A stretch of DNA of 63,407 nucleotides, the filler included, from Rhabdomonas costata (taxonomy: Eukaryota): the NCBI GenBank assembly GCA_019059605.1. It is 57 parts of 57 records of this genome, joined end to end, with 100 filler letters (N's around TTAATTAATTAA, not from the genome) between each part and the next. Parts side by side here need not be neighbours in the genome. Positions count along the whole stretch, not along the records: positions 50,141 to 51,154 come from JAHMHO010033532.1; positions 51,255 to 52,268 come from JAHMHO010033533.1; positions 52,369 to 53,382 come from JAHMHO010033534.1; positions 53,483 to 54,496 come from JAHMHO010033535.1; positions 54,597 to 55,610 come from JAHMHO010033536.1; positions 55,711 to 56,724 come from JAHMHO010033537.1; positions 56,825 to 57,837 come from JAHMHO010033538.1; positions 57,938 to 58,951 come from JAHMHO010033539.1; 49 more parts are not named here. One strand, written 5' to 3'. Below, piece after piece: positions 50,928 to 63,326 of this stretch. The notes below the pieces were generated by a model. The model was not told where the DNA came from. It was given only the letters and a program-made list of their open reading frames with translations, and ran no database searches. The position numbers and the translations under genes were made by a program. Position 1 is the first letter of the stretch; every line of letters starts with the position of its first letter.

Positions 50928-51154
50928 ATGGCCTCCCGCATGATGCTCTTCTTCAGCGCCTTCGGGCTCAGAGATGCGGACGTTGTCAGCAAGAGTGATC
51001 CTTACCTGACGCTTTTCGAGATTCAGGACGGTCGTCGCGTCCTTCTGGGACGCACAGAGACGATCCCAAACAACCTTTCTCCCCAGTGGAAAAGGCACAT
51101 TGAGATCGACTACCGCTTTGAGAGCCGCCAGGAGCTTGTTGCGGTTCTCATGGA
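50928..51154 (+). CDS. Copine, N-terminal C2A domain (5' part)
   Basis: LRDADVVSKSDPYL...GRTETIPNNLSPQW...IDYRFESRQEL is the copine C2A signature. Starts at ATG 50928. Confidence 0.9.
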
Positions 51155-52522
51155 NNNNNNNNNNNNNNNNNNNNNNNNNNNNNNNNNNNNNNNNNNNNTT
51201 AATTAATTAANNNNNNNNNNNNNNNNNNNNNNNNNNNNNNNNNNNNNNNNNNNNCGCGCGCGCGCAAATATTCGGGGGGGGGGCGGAAGCAAGCTTCCGG
51301 GTGTTGGTAAGATGAAGGAGTTTATGTGTGTGTGGGAGACTGGGTGCTCCTCCACCTCCCTGGGGGTTGCTGATCTAGCCGCGGGAACCTCCTCCGCTCC
51401 TCCTACTGAGAGAGATGCCGTGCCTTGGAGCTCCGGTGAAGGGAATGCCTCAGCGCTTCCAGGGAAGCAGGCCAAGGATGCAGGTGGCAGCAGCAGCGGC
51501 GGCGGCGGGAAGGGAACAGGCGCGGAGGTTTCTTCTGCAAGCGGGCTGTCCTTGGCCGAGTACGAAAGCGCTCTGCAGGAAGCCCGAAAGTGGTGGGAGT
51601 TGGCCCAGCGTGCGGAAAAAGAAAGGGTGTGTCTTCCGTGCCCTTTATTCCGTGTTTTCCTTTACTTGGGGTTGACCTTTTCTCTTTTTCTTTTTTTTTC
51701 CCGCCTTGGCAAAGCGGGAAAATCGTCCAACTTGAAAAATTGCCCCACCCCCTCGTGGTTAGAGCACATGTTTGTCTCTGGAGCTTTGTCCAGGATGATT
51801 CAGCCGCTGCGCTCCACCCAAGTTCGTTGGTGTTTCCGTGTGCCGTTGCGAAGCCCCCCATCTCCTCACACACGCCCTGCTCAGCATGCCTCAAGATTAA
51901 AACGCACACGAGCGACGCAAACAGAGAAAGTGAGCGGCGTGCTTCCGCCATGACGGATGGGCTGCTCGCAAAGCACCTTGGTTTGCTTAGGGCGGTCTTG
52001 GTAGTGCGGTCTGGAGTGTGGAGATTTCCTGCATGGGTTAAGCGCATCCGAGCACGAGGACAAAAATGCGATCACACAAGCAGCACCACAAACCTCACGG
52101 TCGCACAGCGCCACCTCGGTGGCCTGCAGCGCGGCCTGAGCGGCCTCCCTTTCCCTCAGTGCCTCCACAGCCTGGGCCTGGGCCTGCCGGAAGCCGGCCT
52201 CCCTCTCCGCGGCACCCTCGCGCAGCCCAACGGCCTCCGCGGCCACCACCTCGAGCTCCCACCAACACNNNNNNNNNNNNNNNNNNNNNNNNNNNNNNNN
52301 NNNNNNNNNNNNTTAATTAATTAANNNNNNNNNNNNNNNNNNNNNNNNNNNNNNNNNNNNNNNNNNNNTTGTTTTTTGGTAACGAAAAAACTCCTTCCAC
52401 CTCCCGCCTGTGCTGCGATTAGGAGTTCCTTCCGTGTCTCTGTCTGCGGCCCTACCCTCCTCACCTTTCCGATCCAACTCCGGTGGCCCGGATGCGATAT
52501 GTGGGCATTGGGCTGCTGACAG

Positions 52523-53148
52523 GCGATACATCAACCCTCGCGATCTGTACGACACCTCCGTGCTGCAGCACCATGGTTACTGTCACATCTTTCGCGATGA
52601 CTACTTCGCCGGTCCTGTGAAGGTATGCCTTTTCTTTTCGATGGCCTGTGTCCCAAACGAAAGAGAATTTATAATCCCCCCCGACACTCACACAGCAAAC
52701 TCATATGCTGATATGGGCCGTGCCACTTGTTTTTGATGCAGCCTTAGCATATCAAATTACTTTATGTATACATAGCCATGCCGTATGAAGCGGTTTTCTG
52801 CCTCTCTCAGCTTCGGGCAGTCTTTCTTAGACTTCGTCATAACCAATCGAGACCTGCCGCGTTTTTCGAGGGCATCGTTTTGAGGGGGATTTGTGGTGGT
52901 GGTGGCAGTAGGCCTCCCGTGAGGCGGAATGCTTCCGGCCGGACAAGTCCCACATCCACTTGTGGGACGTGCGTTGCACTCGCACCGTGATCACCCGCCG
53001 GCTGCAGGGCGAGGCGGCGGTGGGCCTCGCCGCGGCCTCGCCAGCCGCGCTGTTGTACATGCCGGAGACCTACTGGCTGTTGCCTCAGGGCGCAGCCCTA
53101 CCCTACCGGCACCTCCGCCCCAGCCGCCTAATTGCCGATGAGGTGTAA
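52523..53148 (+). CDS. Last two exons of an unknown protein
   Basis: 52523-52622 (RYINPRDLYD...FAGPVK|GTatgc) joins 52912-53148 (ASREAECFRPDK...ADEV*) in frame; GC3-rich. Confidence 0.6.
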
Positions 53149-54201
53149 GCCACACTCACTCACACATTCACAGACAGAGATTGAGTGAGGGTTGCTGGGT
53201 GGTCGCACGCAATTGCCTTCCCTGCATCGCAGCCTACTACCTTTTTCAGCTTTCTCCATCCTTGCTAACATGTGCCCTCGTGCATTGGCCGCTGCAAACC
53301 TCAGGTCAACCACTTCAAGCAGACCATCCTGAGAACTTCCGTGTACACCGCGGTGCACCACAAACCCAAACACACCCCACACNNNNNNNNNNNNNNNNNN
53401 NNNNNNNNNNNNNNNNNNNNNNNNNNTTAATTAATTAANNNNNNNNNNNNNNNNNNNNNNNNNNNNNNNNNNNNNNNNNNNNTTTTGTTTTGAGAATCCA
53501 GTGCCGAGGAAGTAGTGGAAGAAATGTGCTGGGGACGAACGGAATGTTCAGCTTTATTCCTTTCGCTTTCAGGTGCAGCATCGCCGCCACTTGAGCCGGC
53601 TGGAGAAGATGCGGCCTGTGCTGAGCACTCAGCCCCGGCTGACGATGAAGGACCTGAGCTGCAATGCAAAGAAGGCATACCAGGAGGTCCGTGTGCATCC
53701 GCTTTGAACTTTGAAGCACCCACTTATGGTCATGCATGATTAATTTTGCATGGGGCTATTGAGCGCATTCATGGGACTTCCATCTTTACAGGCGCTTACA
53801 GTGAGCGGGAACGCACAACTTGAAGTGGGAAAGAAAGCACAACTTGAGTTGGTGAGGAGCTGCTTGTGTGTGAAGAGGGGGATGGGGTCAGCGGCGATTT
53901 CAGGCACGATGCCATCCAAAGCTAAAGCCATCGAAAGAGAATTAGGGAACCAACTATCAGCTAAGAGTGGGCCATGTCCGACTCAATATCCTGTTCCCCT
54001 TGCAACGGCCCACAATTGATCGAAACTCGAAGGGCCCCTCTCTCACCTCTCACGCTTTGTTCCACATATCCTTTATAGAGAACTCGCATTGGGTGGAACT
54101 CAGTGATGGAATAAGGTCAGGTTCTACGCATCCCCATGATTTCCTGTTCTCTTGCTGACGTGTCGTCGGAACTTTTTTCATTTGCTACCCCATTTTCCAA
54201 G

Positions 54202-54320
54202 GCTGAGCTGGCGTTCGAGCTTGCCCGGGACCACGAGTTCCACGTGCAGAGGCTGAGCCAGGTCCACCATGTTGTCAACACCGCGATTGCACCGGCCATC
54301 CTGAAGGCCCGGGAGACTCG
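54202..54320 (+). CDS. Short exon of an unknown protein
   Basis: Acceptor ttttccaAG, GC3-rich AELAFELARDHEFHVQRL..., donor GTgttc. Confidence 0.45.
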
Positions 54321-54902
54321 GTGTTCGCATCCGCACGTGCGCAAAATGCCGCCTAGTTATGAATCACATGCTGGTTATCAACAACAATCAAGCCATATAT
54401 GCACAAGCGTATACCCTGCTGGTAGTAGTGAAAAGGTTTGGGGGATGGGGATGGGTCGAACGATGGATAGTGACACCTTTTCACAACCCCACCCCCNNNN
54501 NNNNNNNNNNNNNNNNNNNNNNNNNNNNNNNNNNNNNNNNTTAATTAATTAANNNNNNNNNNNNNNNNNNNNNNNNNNNNNNNNNNNNNNNNNNNNTGGG
54601 CTGGCGCTGCACAGGGGATGACTGATGGGTCTCCCCTGCAGACTGTAACTTGAGACTGAATCTGACCCACCTCACATGGCATCTCGTCAACAGAGAAAGA
54701 GGGGAAAGGTGACTAAATTGGAGAGAGCATAGTTACAAGCAGAGGAAGAGAAGAGAGCGGGAAAAAGACGAGATTTAATGAGCGGCACATATTGCACGAG
54801 CATCTGACGTTGTGTGTGTGTGTGTGTGTGTGCGTCCTTTTCATTTGGAAGGAGAGCGGTGGGGAGTTCTTTTTTTACCTCCAACCCCTTCCAAAAATAA
54901 AG

Positions 54903-55553
54903 GAGCGTTCGGACGAGCGGGATGGCAGCAGCGGTGGGGAGGGGGCCGGCGCGGACCAGTTCTCGTTCTCGCAGCAGGAGAGGAGGCGGCGGCAGACCAT
55001 GCTGCGCTCGGAGGGCGGCGCGGACTTCTCGTGGGCCCGGCCCCTTTTCCTCCGCCAGTACGCAATGCGAGAAAGCTTCATTTCAAAAACACACACACAC
55101 ACACACTAATGCCTGCACTGCGACAAACCACAAGATGTAACTTCGTAATAGTGTTTTTGAAAGGCAAATCGCCCGACACTGAAAACGGAGTAGGTTTGTC
55201 TGTGAGCCTGTGTATTCTTGTGCTGGATATTGGCAGCGGCCTTCGTGGATTCTGTCGCGATCTTCAGAGGCTTTGCAAATGCTTCACATTTGGCCCATGG
55301 GACTTTGAACTTTGGACTCTGTTGACTTCTTCGCATATTCGCAAGGGCCCATCACTAGTCGATTGACCACAGGTTCTCCTCTCCTCTGCTTCAGCGCCGT
55401 GCGCTTGTTCGTTTGTGGGTTTAATCCGAACCTGTGCGTGTATGAATGGGTGGGGATGGCGGCCGCAGGTATCTGCAACTCAGCGTGCGGCACAACAGCA
55501 AGATGGCGCTGCTTTTTGAGATTATCAATCAGTGCATGGAGCTGGGGGAGAAG
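54903..55553 (+). CDS. SNF2-family helicase (RAD54L2/ARIP4- or ATRX-like), two exons
   Basis: 54903-55057 (...DFSWARPLFLR-CA|GTacgc) + 55469-55553 gives WARPLFLRQYLQLSVRHNSKMALLFEIINQCMELGEK, matching the 'W...L..Y.....S.KM.LLF.I.....LG.K(.LVFSQ)' entry into helicase-C. Confidence 0.78.
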
Positions 55554-55719
55554 GTACCCTGCGTAACACACGAGGCTCACGAAAAGCGGGAAGGAACCAG
55601 ACACCAAAACNNNNNNNNNNNNNNNNNNNNNNNNNNNNNNNNNNNNNNNNNNNNTTAATTAATTAANNNNNNNNNNNNNNNNNNNNNNNNNNNNNNNNNN
55701 NNNNNNNNNNGTGGGGGGT

Positions 55720-56275
55720 TGTTCCACAGTTGTTGTCCCACACTGCCCTGTATAAATTCGCCAGGAGGCGTTTGGCATCAGAGTGTGTTCGACCAGTCGC
55801 CCCAGTGATACAGCAGGTAATAGCGTGGGCTACTCGCGTACCTGCCTCCGCACCGCACCAAGGGCAGGTGAAGGAGCGCTCTCGAACAGGGACGAAGGGA
55901 TCCAACGAAGAGAAACCCCGTTTCTCAGCGGCAGTTAGAGAGAACCACGGCGACACGCGTGTGAGCCAATCCGCCGCGTGCTCAGGGCCAAGGATCTCCT
56001 CTTGAGCGCGGAGCAGAAGTAAAAGACAAAAAACAGTTTTTTTCAACTCCCGCTTTAGCTTCTGAGTCCGAAAATGCCTGATTTAGTGCATTCTCAGAAA
56101 GCTCCACTTCTTGCCAGGACTGCACGCCCTTTGCTGCGATGACCGCCGCATTAATGAGTGCAATCATTTTTTCAGTTGAAGTAATGACAAAGTCCTTTAT
56201 CCCTTGTTTTTTTTGCTGTAGTGAAAGCAAGGGTCCTTTCACAAATAACGCCAAATACAAATTTTTACACAGCAC
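55720..56275 (-). mobile_element. Degenerate RLE-type (CRE/SLACS-like) non-LTR retrotransposon fragment: post-RT region and CCHC knuckle
   Basis: AADWL...P...FTCPWCG...HAITC...GRTHSDAKRLL resembles the CRE-clade 'A..WL...P...C..CG...HA..C...RH' region. The upstream LLSLQQKKQG segment is in another frame (shift near 56040). Confidence 0.55.
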
Positions 56276-59064
56276 AATGGTAACTGGCTACACACAGCGC
56301 AAGCATGCCACTCGGAAGAAAGAGCATTCCTCACAAGGCTCCGGAAATGTTCCCCAGCCCGCTCCACGGCGCCGCGGTCCATCCTGTACACACCCTTCCC
56401 ACCCCCGGCGCCCCCAGCGCTGGGAAGGTCAGAGAAACCGCTGAGCACCGAACATGCGCTGACCACCTCCACCCTGTCCTCGGGGTAGAACCAGAACCCC
56501 TCCCCTGCCCCTGCGGAACCGGTTTCCCCCATCGGAACTGGGGTGACGACGAGCCACTGCACCTTGGAGAAGGAAGGGAATATGGGAGAGTCACTTCTTA
56601 CGTATCGTCCCCTTCGCCCACACTCAAGCAACCCACCTTCAAAAGTCACGCACCCACTGAAGAAACAAAACCACAAGAAAAATCAATCAAATGCCGAAAA
56701 TCTTCTCAGCGATCACAACAAACCNNNNNNNNNNNNNNNNNNNNNNNNNNNNNNNNNNNNNNNNNNNNTTAATTAATTAANNNNNNNNNNNNNNNNNNNN
56801 NNNNNNNNNNNNNNNNNNNNNNNNTGTGTTAGGTGAGTTTGGGGGAAGGGGATAACAGAACGGTCCACAATGTTTGCATTTTGGATGCGGGGTCTCGTGA
56901 GGAACTGAAATTGTGTGAGGTGGAATGGAATTGGAAAGGGCATGTGTTGCAAAACGGGGAAACGTGCCTTTTTGTCGGAATTCTCCTTTCCCACTCAATG
57001 CATGTTCACAGGTTCCCCTTTGCGGCCTTCATCGAGCTCTCGGCTGGAATCTGTGTCGCTGCCTTCCTTGCCCTTGGATCCTGACACAGAGTATCGTGAT
57101 AAGATAAACAAAGGGTCTGGGAGTAAAAAGGCACGCGGGGAGCGTCAGGATTTTTATATTCTCGAAAAGTCCAGAATTCCATCCTTGTTTTCATCCTCCC
57201 CACACTCATTCAGGGCGGGAAAAAAGTGCAACCTGCAATAATGCTGTGCAACCTGCAATAATGTGGGTGGGGTTGCGGAACCCGAGACAGAACCTGAACC
57301 CTGAGACAGAGACACAAACACGAAGGCAAAGACCCACACCATCAACCACCCTACGACACACCCTACAGCAGTAACACAGACCACGACACAGACCACGCAA
57401 CCTACCACCACCATCAAAGCCAACAGCCCCAACCCTGACATCACACCACCAACACTAGCTCCGACTCCAAGACCTACACCCTACGCACCAACACAAACTA
57501 CGACACCGACTTCGACTCCATACCCAACACCATGACCCAACGCAACACCAACACCAACACCAACACCCTACGCTACACCCTACGCTACAACCCAACCACC
57601 TACATCTAAACCTACAACAAGAAGAACACACACGCGTACGGAAACGAATGCCGCGACCTGGATACCATCTTGAGAGTGCAAAGCCGGACAGGAAGGAGAA
57701 GGAAGAAGGCCCATCGTACCCACAGCAGAAGGCAGCCCACGCATAGAACCGGCTAGAGAGACAGAGACGCAACAACCACGAACGCTAGACCCACTTGAGC
57801 ACCACAAACACCAAGAACGACACCAATACGCATGAAGNNNNNNNNNNNNNNNNNNNNNNNNNNNNNNNNNNNNNNNNNNNNTTAATTAATTAANNNNNNN
57901 NNNNNNNNNNNNNNNNNNNNNNNNNNNNNNNNNNNNNGTGTTGGGTGTGGTTGGGGGGGTGGGGCGAAGGAAGCAAGGCAAGATCGCTTTCGGCGCACTG
58001 AGACCTTTGACCTCAAGAAAGGCCGTCTCATCTCTCCGATGGGAGCCACAAAAATCCAATGAAAGAAGCACAAAAACGCCGATAGGCAGCAGACGCCTAA
58101 AGAATGCGCCTTTAAACTTGAACAGCAATGGTCCAAGTATCCTACAACCACAAACTGGAACCACCAAACCACCGGGCGGAGCTCGGTTCGGCGACCGGAT
58201 CGATTGCTCCACGGGTGTTTTCACAACAAAAGATGATGTCCGTGCATTCTTTTAGGAAGATTTGAAGAGGACTTTTTTCCATTTTAACATTTTGCAAGGA
58301 CTGTACACACTTCACCACGGGAGTAATGTAACAAGGGACTTCGAACAGGCACCATGGATAAATTCTCGGAGAAAAAGTTGTCCCGAGGCCCACCCCACGG
58401 CCAAGCGAACTCCAATGCACGGACAAAACACGAAAGTGCGCACTTCGCTGGGGGTTACCCCGCGAGCGGGCTCAGCACATTCACAGCCGCACCTTCGCAC
58501 ATTCTCTTTCTTCCGAAGCAGATGGACGGAAGGAAATGGAAGGGAACGAAGGGGGGGGGGGCATTCTCAAAATCGACCATCCCTTCCTTTTCTTACTCTG
58601 AAAAAACATCCCACCCAGAGGACGAATTACAAGGGCAGAAAGGAAATGCAGACGAACTGCATCAAACCACCCAATCCCATTCACGGCAAAGTACCAAACA
58701 AACATCAACCTTTGCCACACCCCAAGTGGAGCTCATTGAGCCGTCCACTAAAGCGCCCCCTCGGCGAGCACGTACGCTGCCAAAAAAGGAGGACATACAA
58801 AATGATAAAAACTGGGAAACTGGAAGAAGGGACCCTCTATGCACTGCGGCATACTTTCGGTGAACAATGCAAGAGTCGGGGCGAAGGAGGGAACGATGAT
58901 GCAAGCTTGACGGCAACCCCCACCCCACCCCACTCCTGCTCGTACCCGTTCNNNNNNNNNNNNNNNNNNNNNNNNNNNNNNNNNNNNNNNNNNNNTTAAT
59001 TAATTAANNNNNNNNNNNNNNNNNNNNNNNNNNNNNNNNNNNNNNNNNNNNTGTTGGGTGTGTT

Positions 59065-60033
59065 GGGGCAGCCGTGGCGAGCAGTGGTATTAAAGGGAAC
59101 GTTTGGAGGCTTCAGCCGCTGCCTCATGTACTGCATCACGGTGGAAAAGTGTTCGACCATAATGGAGGTGTCAACGTCATTATCGCCGGGGATCAGTCCC
59201 TGAAGCCGGTGCTGCCCCAGAAGAGTTCCGAAGTCCAGCCAGTAGGGCACACGAGCACCTTCCAGCACGTCAATAATTGAATGAAAGTTTCTGCGGTGGA
59301 TCTGGAACGCATAACAACAACAAAAGAAGCACACAACATACGTGCAATACACAGCAAAAAGAAACGAAAGAAAGATAATGTCAGCGACCAGGTCACACCG
59401 AGCAGGTGCACATGCCGTCCTTCAAGATCCCCCAATTCATAACTTGCGATAAAATGCAGGCTACCTTTATAACACACGTTTTGGTGCCCCAAAGGACCAC
59501 CGAAGCACGCAAGCCGTGCACGGAAAACCCGGCATGGGAAGGATACACACTTCATCTTTGTTTCGCCGGGAAACGGGACTCTTCATCAGCCAAGTCCACT
59601 GCTCCGGATACTCACTTGTAGAATTATCGTCCAAGATTGCCACATCATCCTCGTCGAGTCCCAGCATCTCCTCGCTGCTGAATTCCGACGACAATTCAGC
59701 CTTCAGTTCCTCACTTTCAGTGGGGAATCGCATCACAATGTATTCCCTTTGCTTACCGTAGAAGAAGGGAAACCGCAGGGAAACATCAACTCCGTCACTC
59801 GCGACATCCGCACATCCAGGTATGCCGCGGAAGCCGCAGGACTTTACCAGGGTGTGCTCTAGCAATGCAGCCAACAACAACGCTGCGGACAAAGCAAGAA
59901 GCAAACAACCCAGCCATCGCCGAAATCTGGTGCAACTCCCCAAAACAACTGGGGCCAGCACAGCCGCACTGCAGGACACCGACGCAGGTGAAAATGAGCA
60001 CCGAAAGCCAGTGGTGACAGAGCCCGAAGTCAT
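59065..60033 (-). CDS. LicD/fukutin-family nucleotidyltransferase, type II membrane protein (5' part, two exons)
   Basis: Exon 60033-59551 has a TM anchor (RRWLGCLLLALSAALLLAALL) and acidic stem; GT-AG intron 59550-59302; exon from 59301 VPYWLDFGTLLGQHRLQGLIPGDNDVD is the LicD motif. Start codon uncertain. Confidence 0.88.
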
Positions 60034-60166
60034 CTCTCTATCTCTCGAGATAAACAACCAAACAANNNNNNNNNNNNNNNNNNNNNNNNNNNNNNNNNNN
60101 NNNNNNNNNTTAATTAATTAANNNNNNNNNNNNNNNNNNNNNNNNNNNNNNNNNNNNNNNNNNNNG

Positions 60167-60373
60167 GTGGTTTTTGCGGTGGTGCTCCCTGTGTTGGGTG
60201 TCGCGGCCATCGCCGTGGCTGCCGTTGTCATCGCTGTGAGGAGAGGATGGATTGCATTCCCCCAACAAACGGAAGAAGGTGGGGGGCGTTCCCTTTTCTT
60301 CACCAGCATCGCCTCCAACCCTTTGGTGGCACCTTCCCGGTCCCAGGAGATTTCAACCCAGCTGGAGCCGTGA
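60167..60373 (+). CDS. C-terminal TM anchor and cytosolic tail of a type I membrane protein (partial)
   Basis: AVVLPVLGVAAIAVAAVVIAV followed by RR and a short tail to TGA. Confidence 0.4.
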   Translation: MVFAVVLPVLGVAAIAVAAVVIAVRRGWIAFPQQTEEGGGRSLFFTSIASNPLVAPSRSQEISTQLEP

Positions 60374-62405
60374 GGCTTGATTCGGACGGCCTTGGCATGG
60401 TCCACCAGCGTCGCCCATTTTTTCTGCCTTGTGGGTCAATGCGCATCCACTGCCCGGTTTTGAGGTGCAACAATTTCGTTTATTGGATGCTTGTGGGCTC
60501 GCCAGCTTCGTTCTGGTGAACTGCAACCTATAGCTTTGGTTGGGGTGGTGCTGCCCTGTTGTGTGGTGGAGGATTTTTCTCAATGGATCAGTGGTTCTGT
60601 GCGTGAATCGTTTCATGTTTGCTTGTGAGTCTGCTCATGGCACCACCTGGGATGGAGCGGGGGGGGGGGTGCAAACAACTTCGAGTTTAATAGTTGTGGT
60701 TGTGAGAGTATTCAGCGGCAGGGCCCAGAAGCTGAGGTGCAAGTGTTTCTGACAAGCTCATGAGATTCCCAAAACACTGTCGGTGAACTGCACTTCATTC
60801 AGTATGGCATTATATGGTATGGTTTTATAGTTTGGAGCTCCCAAGTTTTTTTGGCTGCTCTTCTTTTCGCACAATGGACCAACCGGTCTAACGCCGCATC
60901 ACGTCCATCCCCATCCGATATCAGTCGACTGAACATCCCCCATTCAAAGTACTCCCGGGACCCATTCGACCCTTTTTCTTCCACAGGTGTGGTCACCAAC
61001 CCAACCTGTTGCAGTTCAGATGAGTTTATTGCACTATTTCTTCTTTTTAGTTCTTCTTCTCATAAGCCCCTCCGCGGCTGTCGTCACCGTATCCCGGTTG
61101 ACTCCTGAGGCCGCCCTGTGCTCCAGCTCGTCCTGCCTATCTGCGAGATCCGTTGTGTCAGTGCTTCCCACCACCCACANNNNNNNNNNNNNNNNNNNNN
61201 NNNNNNNNNNNNNNNNNNNNNNNTTAATTAATTAANNNNNNNNNNNNNNNNNNNNNNNNNNNNNNNNNNNNNNNNNNNNCAGACAGCATAGCACGTTAAT
61301 GTGGCTCCGTATGGATTCCAGGATTTGATTCCACGACTGCGCATCGCACGTCGGTCGTATGGTCCGTCTTCGGAGGTTTACTGCCATCAACTTCTTACAG
61401 CACTACGTGACAGCAAGTTTGGATTGCTTTACAGGGGCACTTACCACATCCCACGTGATATTGACTCTGTGTAGCGAGTGGCTCCAAAACAGCGCAACGC
61501 ACGTTTTTTAAAGTTCCATCATAAGTATCAGTCTCTCAACGCACTGTGACTGTCGTTATGTCGAAATCGTTTTGAGTTGACATATCATACGTAAGTGGTG
61601 CAACACATACCAATGACGTGACAACCGGCGCAGAAGCAAACAGCATCGCACGGTAAAGCGGTATTGCTCTGCTTTGATGTAGTTTTGATGACCTGATTCA
61701 AATATTTCAAAATCATGGTAAGTAGACTTCGAACCTTTCCTGGATCCGCTTGAGGCTCCGATAGGCTCACTTTTGTTGCCTCGTCAGAATCCATTGGCAA
61801 CCACACGCGAGCGGTTTTCCTTGTGCGCAACAAACGCAAAGCCGTTGGCTGTTTTCTGGCGGCTCGTCTCAGGAAGATGAATCCGCCGGAATTAAGCCCA
61901 GCGCAACGTACCCACCCGGTAGTCATTTCCTACTGATAAAATTACCGTAGAATACTTTAACACTATCACCATACTACACATACTACACAACAATACGCTA
62001 CCTCCAGGAAAACGTGGGGCCCAACCTCAAATCTTGATACAGGTGCCCATCCACGCCACAGTTTGACGTTTCAAAACCAACCATCCTCCCTCCGTCTCCA
62101 CCTCCAATTGACACGCTACCAGACCTCCGGTGTTTCTCTGGGTACATTGTCTGATGAAGGGCCAAACTGACCAAAGTGCCAAAGGGACAGGTACAATCAT
62201 GCGGGGGTCGTCCCCTCTTGGGCTTGGACGTCGTCATGCAGATCCTTGTTGGACACGGTGGCATCTGACTGCTCCGCTCTTACACTTTGACTCNNNNNNN
62301 NNNNNNNNNNNNNNNNNNNNNNNNNNNNNNNNNNNNNTTAATTAATTAANNNNNNNNNNNNNNNNNNNNNNNNNNNNNNNNNNNNNNNNNNNNGTTGTGT
62401 TGCAG

Positions 62406-63326
62406 GTGGAGCCCATAGGGCTGGCTGTCCGAGGCGCTGTGGACGGGGGCCCGCCGTCTCGGACGATCTCGGAGATGGACGGGTGGTCTGTCAGTCAGAT
62501 CCTGGCCAACATGCGGGGGAGCTATGTCCTTGATGTGGACCAGTTCCCCACTATCAGCTTCACCGGCAGCGCGAAGAAAGCATGGGAAGGGACCAAAATT
62601 GCGGGAATCCTAACAGAGGTTTCTCTCTGCGAATCTGCTTTCACGCTGAGGGAATGCAGTCTTTTCGCATTTTTCAGGATCTCGTGGTCTGACTGAAGCC
62701 CTTCGAGGCTTTGGTGTGTGTTGTCGACATCTGGGTATGAACTGCACCTGGTTTACGGACATCCCCTGCGTGCTTTTTTCGCTTGGGATTCTGTGGTTCA
62801 GGTTCAGTTTAGCCGGGCCGCAGCGGGGAACTGCAACTTGGTGGTGCCATTTCCAGACTTTTTCCAGGCAGTTCTTTTTTTGATGGGGATGTAGACATGG
62901 GGAAACAGATTTTCGTTGGGGTGAAGGCATAGAAAACTCCGAGCTTTCTTGGATGTAATGATTAACACGCATCCTGTTTGGAGGTCAGCCGGTGCTTGAC
63001 CGCAGGCTTGGCATTTCGCGGTTGCGGTTGGTGTGTATGTGTGGTGCCAGGAATGGCCGGGCGTCCCGGGAATCCCCGTAGAGCTGCACGGGGAGCTTGC
63101 CCTGCACGGAGAGAAGGTACCCCTTCAGATTCCGTGCCTGATGGCCCACACAGCGTCGGCCTCGGCGCCGGGCTCAGGCCAGCCCCGAAGGTTCCGTCTG
63201 CTGGGGGCTGTGGTGTTCAACCAGACCCAGTTCAAGATTCAGCCGTACTACGCTCTGCTGGGCGCAATGCGTATCAAGGATGAGGTTCGGGTCACCTTTG
63301 ACCTCACTGCCGTGGAGAAGCTGTAG
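62406..63326 (+). CDS. YceI-like (polyisoprenoid/lipid-binding) protein, last two exons
   Basis: 62406-62618 (ILANMRGSYVLDVDQFPTISFT) + GT-AG intron + 63051-63326 (LHGELALHG...FNQTQFKIQPYYALLGAMRIKDEVRVTFDLTA*). Motifs L....FP.I.F, G.L.LHG and F.I.P.....V.DEV.v.F are YceI. Confidence 0.82.

Noticed and set aside
57280..57620. Thr/Pro-rich mucin-like stretch
   Set aside because: C/A-rich low complexity with stop codons interrupting the plus frames; coding status cannot be supported.
1016..62393. Regularly spaced identical TTAATTAATTAA units separated by about 1-kb unique segments, superficially like a CRISPR array, cassette array or nanochromosome set
   Set aside because: The unit is embedded in fixed-length N runs and is a standard six-frame-stop concatenation linker. 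The even spacing reflects length-sorted contigs.
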